From assembly GCA_001687465.1 (NCBI GenBank), contig LVLI01000138.1, positions 1 to 64,000 on the forward strand: DNA of 64,000 nt, read 5' to 3'. Below, in pieces: positions 56,642 through 64,000 of the stretch. The DNA is from Halocafeteria seosinensis. Taxonomy: Eukaryota. A program made the translations under genes and the position numbers. The notes beneath the pieces are model-generated. The model had not been told where the DNA came from and did not search any database. It worked only from the letters and a program-made list of their open reading frames with translations. Every line of letters begins with the position of its first letter. The stretch's first letter is position 1.

Positions 56642-57876
56642 ATGGGAAAGAAGACGCAAAAGTCGAAAAAAGCGGCTACTGCGGCTCCAGCTTCCACCGC
56701 TTCTAATGCAGTCCGCACACAGTCAGAGCCGGCCAATGCAAGCTCTACCACTTTTCAAAATGTAAATACTACCACTGGTGCAAAATGGGCCTCAAAAAAG
56801 TCGAAAGGAAGACGAAGACCGTCGTCGACGGACTCAACCTCACAAACTGAGGCTCGCCAATATCCTCCGAAAGCGTTTACCAAGCTGTTACACGCTCCTA
56901 TAGTACTGACAAGTCAAAAGCGCATCGTCCATACTTTCTTGAAAGCGTCAACCGAGGATAAAGACGGTCGGACCTTGATTGCGCATTGGTTAGAGTTCAA
57001 ATTCCCAGAAGCTGCGGCAGCAAAATCGAGTCGATCCTTCGCTCCACTGTCAGATGATGATTTAAGCGAGTTATTCAAGCCCGCTGGAAGCGTTACCTCC
57101 ATTAGACGTCTGGGAAATGACGACAAACAAACTGGAGACGAGTTGGGCAATAAAGATAGCCCCGAAGATATGAAATACGCTTCGGCTTTGTTACAGTTTA
57201 CATCTCAGAAAGAACTATCCAGAGCTCTACGACTACGATGCCGAAATGGAGTCTTTGAGAGCCTAGGCTTGGAACCTCGTGGATATAACAGTACGCTTTT
57301 TATCTTATGTGCTTGTGCAATCTTTCTTTTGTGATACATCGCATCTATTCTTTGTTGGTACAGAATGGGTAGCTGATTATTGGGCGAGCCGACCTGATCC
57401 AGATACACTACAAGCTGAAGTGGACGAATACATGAAAACGTTTGAAATAAAAGAAAAAGAAGTATGTTAATAGTATTCGATCTGTGTTAATTGCAGGTAT
57501 GAGTGTCTCATTTGCGTTGAATGTCTTATCAACAGAGTGAGGAAGAAAAGAAGAGGATGGCGCAGCAGCCTGACGAAGAAGGTTTCGTCACAGTGACCAG
57601 CAAAAAAAGGACACCAACAGTTGCTGATGAACAGAGCTCGAATATGAAGCGTAAACGAAAACGCGGCTCGTTGGAGAAACCGAACTTCTATAGATTCCAA
57701 CTACGAGAACAGAAGAAGAGTGGTAAGTCATTCAGTAATACATGGGAATGATACTGAACTGTCTTTATGTTTTCCTGCCTTCATGTTGTTCAGAGCTTGA
57801 CGCCTTGCAAGAGAAATTTGAAGAGGATAAAGCCAAAATTGCTCGAATCAAAGCTGCACGAAAGTTTAAACCGTAG
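56642..57876 (+). CDS. RRP7: Ribosomal RNA processing protein 7, 4 exons
   Basis: RRM-like N-half; LQAEVDEYMKTF, PDEEGFVTV, NFYRFQLREQKK, LQEKFEEDKAKIARIKAARKFKP*. Confidence 0.9.
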
Positions 57877-58317
57877 TTTATTCAATACCTGATTGATACC
57901 TTCGTCTGCCTTGCTGTATTTGCACCCCTGATTAACGGCTTAAGTTAAAATATGGGGTGGATAGGATTGTGTTGTATTTATGTCTGGAAGAGTATGATAT
58001 GCTTTTCGAGTGGTATGAATGTCATTCTAACGGTGTTCCCGAGACCCCGCTTTCGAGCAGTTGTGGTCGCTGCCGGCGAAATGAATAGGCCGAGAATGTT
58101 TATGAACCATCAGTCATCACTGTGTCAGTGCTTATCTGTGTCAGCGGCACCATCAAGTAAGATTGGCAACTTCTTGTGTAGCTCGACGGGCCAACGGAGG
58201 CGCCCGCAATGGAGTTGCAGTAAGACTGTAACTCTAGGGATTGATAGTTTCAAGTATATCCCTAAAATCCAATACATACAGTATATTCCTTGATTGATTA
58301 TTGTCGTAATCTTTGCC

Positions 58318-59490
58318 ATGGAAGACGAAGAGTACCAGTACGGCTATGGCGATGGCTATGAGCAGAAGAATGATCAAGACGAAGAAGCAGATAACCCTTA
58401 CGTTTGGGAACCACTTGACGGTATGCCAGTTCCAAGGTTTATGATTAAGCGCCGCATCCAAAACTAAAGCGCCATCCTGATGCGTCTTCAGATATCACTT
58501 TGCACTTGTTGCATAAACTTTTGGTAGAAAACCATAGCACTGAGGACATGAAGGTGTTGTCACATAAGGCAAGGTAAGATGGCCACATACTGGCCAAAAC
58601 CTGTATTGCAAATCAACCCGAATGTTTTGTGCTACTTTCGAGCACAGAACGAGTGAAAAACTTATGCAATCTTCGTTCGTTTATGAAGAGCTGTCGTTTC
58701 ACATTCTGGAGCAAGTCTTCGAGAAAGTGAGTTGGCCTTAATTTAAGGCATCATGAGGCTTTCAGCAATACTCGACTTATTGGCCGTGCTATTACTGCAG
58801 ATGAAAGAGTTTGGAGGATTTGAGAAGCGCGGTGGGACATTTGTCGACTTAGGAAGTGGAACTGGCAAAGTGGTATGTCAACGGCCACTTGCCGTGATTG
58901 CTCGACATTGTAGGTGGAGCATGAAGACTATGTCCGACTAGTGCAGGTGCTTCATGCAGCTATGTTGCACCCATTCAAGAAATGCATTGGATTTGAGTGG
59001 CTGAAGCCTCTGCATAAGGCCGCTGTGGAAATGCAGGAAGTGTAAGAAGCGTTGGCGAAAACTCTTCTCATTGAAAGTGGAGTATCCCCGAATCATGATG
59101 CAGGTTTGATAACAGCATACGTCCGGAGCTACCTGAAGAGTATCAGGGAGTCGAAATTGAGCTACGAAACGGAGACTTCCTGAGTAATCTCAATCAACTT
59201 TCAGGAGATGTGTGGTTCGCATTCAGTACACTCTACGAGGATGAGGTACGAGAATTGACGTGATATCAGACGGGAAGAATTCATCGCATACATGCTAGCA
59301 TGATGCTACCGCCTTTCGTTCACAGACAATGGACCGCATAGCTCGAGCGGGCGAACATTTGGAGGTAGGAGCTTTCATTGTAACTTGTACGCGGCGAGTA
59401 CCCAGCTACATGTTCAAAGTACTGAAAGAGATCGAATTTCAAACGAAGGACTCGAGCTTAACAGTCGTGCTGTCCCAAAAAATATTCTAG
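58318..59490 (+). CDS. DOT1-like class I SAM-dependent methyltransferase, 7 exons
   Basis: Spliced: SSFVYEEL, GGTFVDLGSGTGKV, AAMLHPFKKCIGFE, NGDFL, FAFSTLY, GAFIVTCTRR; stop TAG 59488-59490. Confidence 0.8.
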
Positions 59491-59603
59491 ATTATCCGTG
59501 CATCAACATGATGCGAAGTATGGCAGCCACTAGAGCAGCCGAGAGCACAAGACAGTGGATTAAGCCTGTCTATTAAGCTGTGACACTGGATCTATCAACA
59601 TGC

Positions 59604-60318
59604 TTAGAGGCTAAGATCAATTTCAAAGCAAACAATTTCTTTCCCATCTTGGTCTTTGTAGGTGATAGAAGACTTAAGATCACCATGAGGAAGGTCGCTT
59701 GGTACAGTTTGTTTTACTTTGCTATCAACTTGGCCGCTAAGGGGGCAAGGAGTCGGGCCATTTTTGAGATCTTTGCAGAGATCATCAGTCTGGTCAACAA
59801 CCGGGAATCCGTTCAGTTTAGCTTCGTAGACGGCTTTGCCACCCTCGACTTTGTGGTCTCCCAAGTCGTAGGACACGTGAAGTGTGTAATCGTCACCAGG
59901 CTTAGGGTTCGATGGACTCAGTGAAACTTGTACATCTTTGGCAATAGCCTGCAGAAAGAAGTTATTTCCGCATACCTACGCAATATGGTAGTGAAACTGC
60001 GCTTTGCACTTACATTGTCCGAAGTGCAACTGGAAGCTCCGGTTAACTGATGCATGCGAACTTGGCTAGTCATGTGTTGACCCGCCGAGCGGACCGCATC
60101 GAATGTGTTTTTCGTCAAAGGATTATGGTTCGCCGACGCAATCTGCACGGAAAGTATATGAAACAGTGTAATACAACGCGGTTGAACACCCCAGGACCCT
60201 CCGCAATGTAAGAGTGACAAAAACGCTACGAAGGGGCGTGCGAGGGGGTGTGGGGAATCTTCGCGCCACTTACCTGCGCGGCCGCCAGAACAGCCAGGAA
60301 TCCGGTTAAGAGCTTCAT
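59604..60318 (-). CDS. ML (MD-2/NPC2-like lipid-recognition) domain protein, 3 exons (paralogue 1)
   Basis: MKLLTGFLAVLAAAQ| signal; SPSNPKPG, GFPVVDQTDDLC, TPCPLSG, PHG, DQDGKEIVC. Confidence 0.85.
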
Positions 60319-60835
60319 TTTTCTCCGTTGCGCCAAGGTGGAAATCAACGCTACTACACACACGCAGTGCAAAGATCCTCTTTTCTTTCTGTTCCTGAAA
60401 CTTTACGTTGTCAACTCATGCAATGCCGCAATTACGATGCAAGGTGTGGAACAACAGCTCGGCTGACTACTTGAGTCACAGGTCGCACGATGTTCGAAGA
60501 AGAACTGAAGAGCCGGGAAATACTGGCCACATGAACAAAAGCTGGTTATCACATGCCGAGACCTCAGGATCCTCTGTGGTTATGCCCTTACAATGAACAT
60601 GACGGTATTTTTTTGTGGATTGGCTGTTAATCTGATAAGAGTGGGCAATAGATCATGGGTTGCTACTCGGTAGTCAATTATTAGTGTCTTTGTCATATAT
60701 GTACTCTTTTGTAAAAGTATATGATCCATCAAGATCCATACAATCGCAGCAGTACAGACATTGCAAAGCTTGTAACAAAACTAGAGAGCTAAAATAGAGT
60801 ATGGGCATATACTGCGTTCAGTTGCACCAGTTAAT

Positions 60836-61678
60836 TTACAACTTAAGATCCACCTCAATACAGACGACTTCGTTTCCGCTTTGGTCAATGTACGTGATCG
60901 TGGAGTGCAAATTTCCATGGGGCAAGTCATCGGGAACGACATCGGTGGTGGTGCTGGAGACATGTCCAGTCAGAGGGCATGGGGTCTTTCCGTCTTTGAG
61001 ATCCTCACACAAGTCATCGCTTTGGTTGACCACAGGGAATCCACCAAGAGTAGCATAGTATTTGGCTTTGCCTCCATCGACGACAGTATCTCCCAAATCA
61101 TACGACACAGTCAAGCTGTAGGATTCTCCGGGGCCCGGGTTGGAGGGGCTCATGGACACCTCAACGTTGGTGGCGATCACCTGTCGAAATAGGGATTCTC
61201 AGCAATGTAATGCAGCTACAAAACTTGTCAAATAGATGAAATATCACCTACTTTGCTCTCATCGCAGGGTTTGGCGCCTGGTTGAAACTTGCCAACACGA
61301 AGGCTCTGGGCGCTTTGCACAGAGTTCGCCGTCAGCATGCTCAAAGCCTTGCGGTTCACAGGGGAGTGGCTAGCAGTAGCAGCCTGTAGTTCATTGTACA
61401 ATAGAAGAAAAAAACAGCAATTGTTCGTGGGCGCGGGACAAAAATACGACAAAAAAGGTCCGAAGGGAGAAAATAGGGGAAGAGGGGGCAATATGCGGGG
61501 TCGGGACGGAACCAACGCTTCAGTTTGGCCAGATTCTCTTATTCACCACCAACGTACACACCTATTCGCAGAGAGAGACAGAGAGGAAGAAAAAACAGAT
61601 ACACACACTCTATGGAGATATATACATACGCACCTGTACCAAAAAGAGACAGGCTACGAGTCCGGTAATAAGCTTCAT
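60836..61678 (-). CDS. ML (MD-2/NPC2-like) domain protein, 3 exons (paralogue 2)
   Basis: MKLITGLVACLFLVQ| signal; SPSNPGPG, GFPVVNQSDDLC, TPCPLTG, DQSGNEVVC. Confidence 0.85.
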
Positions 61679-61981
61679 TTTCTCGGTTTACTTGGAGGGA
61701 GCGAAAACAGCGTATGACAGATACGTCACTGAATTATGTGTCTATAATTCTCTTCAAACGTCTCTAAAGCAACAAACAATGCCATCTGATTGCGATAATA
61801 ATTGAAAAGTTTGAAAACCCACCGACTTCAACTTGCGAGGTGCCCCAGGTTGAAGTTCTCACGGGTTGGAATCCAATCATACATGGTGTACGAAACTAGA
61901 CATATTATGACTGGAAAAGGTCAGAACGTGTGTGTATTGTCATGAGAAAATTAGAGAAAGGAAATGCCCTGAGTTGAAGCA

Positions 61982-63878
61982 CTAAAGACCTAAGGATTCG
62001 ATCTCGGATTTCAACGTGTCCGCGAGTTTCTGAGCACCTTCCTGATCCTTCGCTTCGGCATAGATGCGAACCACGTTTTCGGTACCACTGGGACGAACGA
62101 ATGCTCTTCCTTCAACAGTGTCTTTGACGAGTTCATCAATTTTAGCCTGAAGCTTTTCTGGCTTAACCAACCGAGTTTCGTCGCCCGTGGTCACATACTG
62201 GGTACGGTCTTGAACTGCCACCTTAGTTTGCACGCTGGGCAACTCAGTATACTCAGCCAGCCAGTCTTCAAGTCCCCAGTTCCGGTGAGTCAAGATGGTA
62301 AGAACCATGAGCATATCCGACAAAGCATCCCCTACGCACTGGTTGATAAGCTGCATGAAAGATAGCAGGCTCTTGGCAGCTTCTTGTACTGCGGGGTCCT
62401 CGCTGGTTGCTTTCTCGCGGATCAGCTGGGCTGCGGTATCATTGAAGAGCACAGTTCCATGCCCATTGGCTTCGAAATAGATTCCAATGTCAAAATCGAG
62501 TGCTTTATGATGCAAGTGCTTTACACCGGTTGGAGTTACCGCTACTGGAGTCTTGGCCTTCTCGTTGAGGTAGACGGTGGACTTCCCGTTGGCATACGCA
62601 GTTTGAACAACTCCAACTCGCAGTGCACCGGATTTGGAAGCCTCTTCGGCTCCAATGAGTTGAATTCGGCATTGACGGAGCAAATCGGAAAAATGCACTG
62701 CGCAAAGAGTGGCAATTCGGTCTCCATCCAAGAGATGCCAATCCTTCTTCTCATCATAGAAATGAAACACAATTCGGTCCGCATCTCCATCGAATGAACA
62801 CCACCATGTCCCTTTATGTTCTGCAACAAAAATAAGAAGGCGTTAACAAAAAAGTTAGTGAAGTAAGATTTGCATAAGGTGAATGGACAAAGAAAACAAG
62901 AAAGATCGTGACATACCGTCCGCATCTACACCCTTGGGAGGCTTGGAGTTCTTCTGGACAAATTCTGCCCCACAGCCTTCATTCAAATTGCCAGGATTCT
63001 TTTGATCAATAGGATTGTGCACTTCCAGATTGAAAGGTGGAGCATCGTAGATCTGTCTCAAGCGGGCTACCATAGGAAGCACAGCATTGGCTCCAACTCC
63101 ATGAGCACAATCCACATGGATGGTTTTCTGAGAAGATTCAGAGGGCAAGAGCTGTTTTACAGCATCGGCCAACATCGCCGTGTATCCACTGACAGATGCT
63201 CTATCCAGCCAAGTCTTTCTCTCGTCCGCACGCAAGCTGCCAGAACGAGACAAGTTCATGGATCGAACAACATGGTGTAATTGGGGCGTCGTCACCGTCC
63301 CCAGATCAATGACATTCACTTTGAGAGCCTCCAAAATGTCTTTGATGAGCTTCTTAAGATGAGGAGTACTCTCTCGCGTGTCACCTCCAACAACAACGCT
63401 GGCCTTGGCAAAGCAGCCGGGGCGTATCCAAATCCGTTCCGCGTCTTCGATTTCTCGGAGAGCTTGGATCGTCTCCTCCACCGTCGGCACATTGGCCACC
63501 TTGGTAGCATACTGCACAACACACATTCCCCCTTTCAATTATAATAGAGTATGGAATGCAAGTGCATGGGTAGCCTACTTTCTCCCAGGATTGCTCCAGC
63601 ATGCTTCCATGGACATCGACCATTTTCAAGCCATTATCTTGCGATGGGTTGTGGGAGGCCGTGATCATGATGCCCACAGCTTGGGACATCTGTTGCAATG
63701 ATCGGAGACTGCCTACGATAGCCATTCGAGCCGCTGCGGCGTCGAGATCCTCGGCAATCGTTCGAAAACCAGCTGTTCCGTAGGGGAGGCGCTTCCCGGA
63801 CGCTGGGATAGGATACTCCTCCAGGATGCGCTTGCACGCATCATTAATTTCACCGTCGATATGTGATTGTTCTGCCAT
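61982..63878 (-). CDS. PGM3: Phosphoacetylglucosamine mutase, 3 exons
   Basis: YGTAGFR, MITASHNP, VTTPQLH, DCAHGVG, FDGDADR, LDGDRIA, YFEANGHG, FVRPSGTENVVRIYAEA. Confidence 0.95.
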
Positions 63879-64000
63879 ATTATATGCCCGTTCGAAAGAT
63901 GTGTCGTCCGCCAATATACGTCAATCCAATTGAGAGCTAGAGTACAAAAGGAATCGATCCCGATCGATGTGGTCGCTGAAATCCTTCACTTCCTCCATTT

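Overview
Eukaryotic nuclear DNA, probably from a protist: genes have short (mostly about 50-100 nt) GT-AG introns, and a tRNA-Asn is followed by an oligo-T Pol III terminator. Intron-rich housekeeping genes lie at both ends and in the middle: a dual-specificity phosphatase, a ZIP metal transporter with an internal SAP-like motif, two tandem CLC-6/7-type channels, TXNDC12/ERp18-like, RRP7, a DOT1-like methyltransferase, two ML/NPC2-domain genes and PGM3. Between them are two nearly intronless, duplication-rich accessory blocks. Block 1 (about 9.5-22.7 kb, minus strand) alternates GLUG-repeat secreted-protein genes with RNI/NLRC3-like LRR genes, many of them decayed. Block 2 (about 31.7-53.5 kb, plus strand) holds two FAM20/Four-jointed-like secretory kinase-like genes, each followed by Cys-rich surface-protein genes. 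The best candidate for an undescribed system is a modular receptor family in block 2. Two unrelated ectodomains (GLUG repeats, or a DDFEDxDLSEY domain I recall from haloarchaea) sit on the same CxxC stalk, transmembrane helix and conserved cytoplasmic tail, alongside tail-less secreted paralogues and pseudogenes. All family assignments are by motif recognition; no searches were run, and exon boundaries were read by eye.
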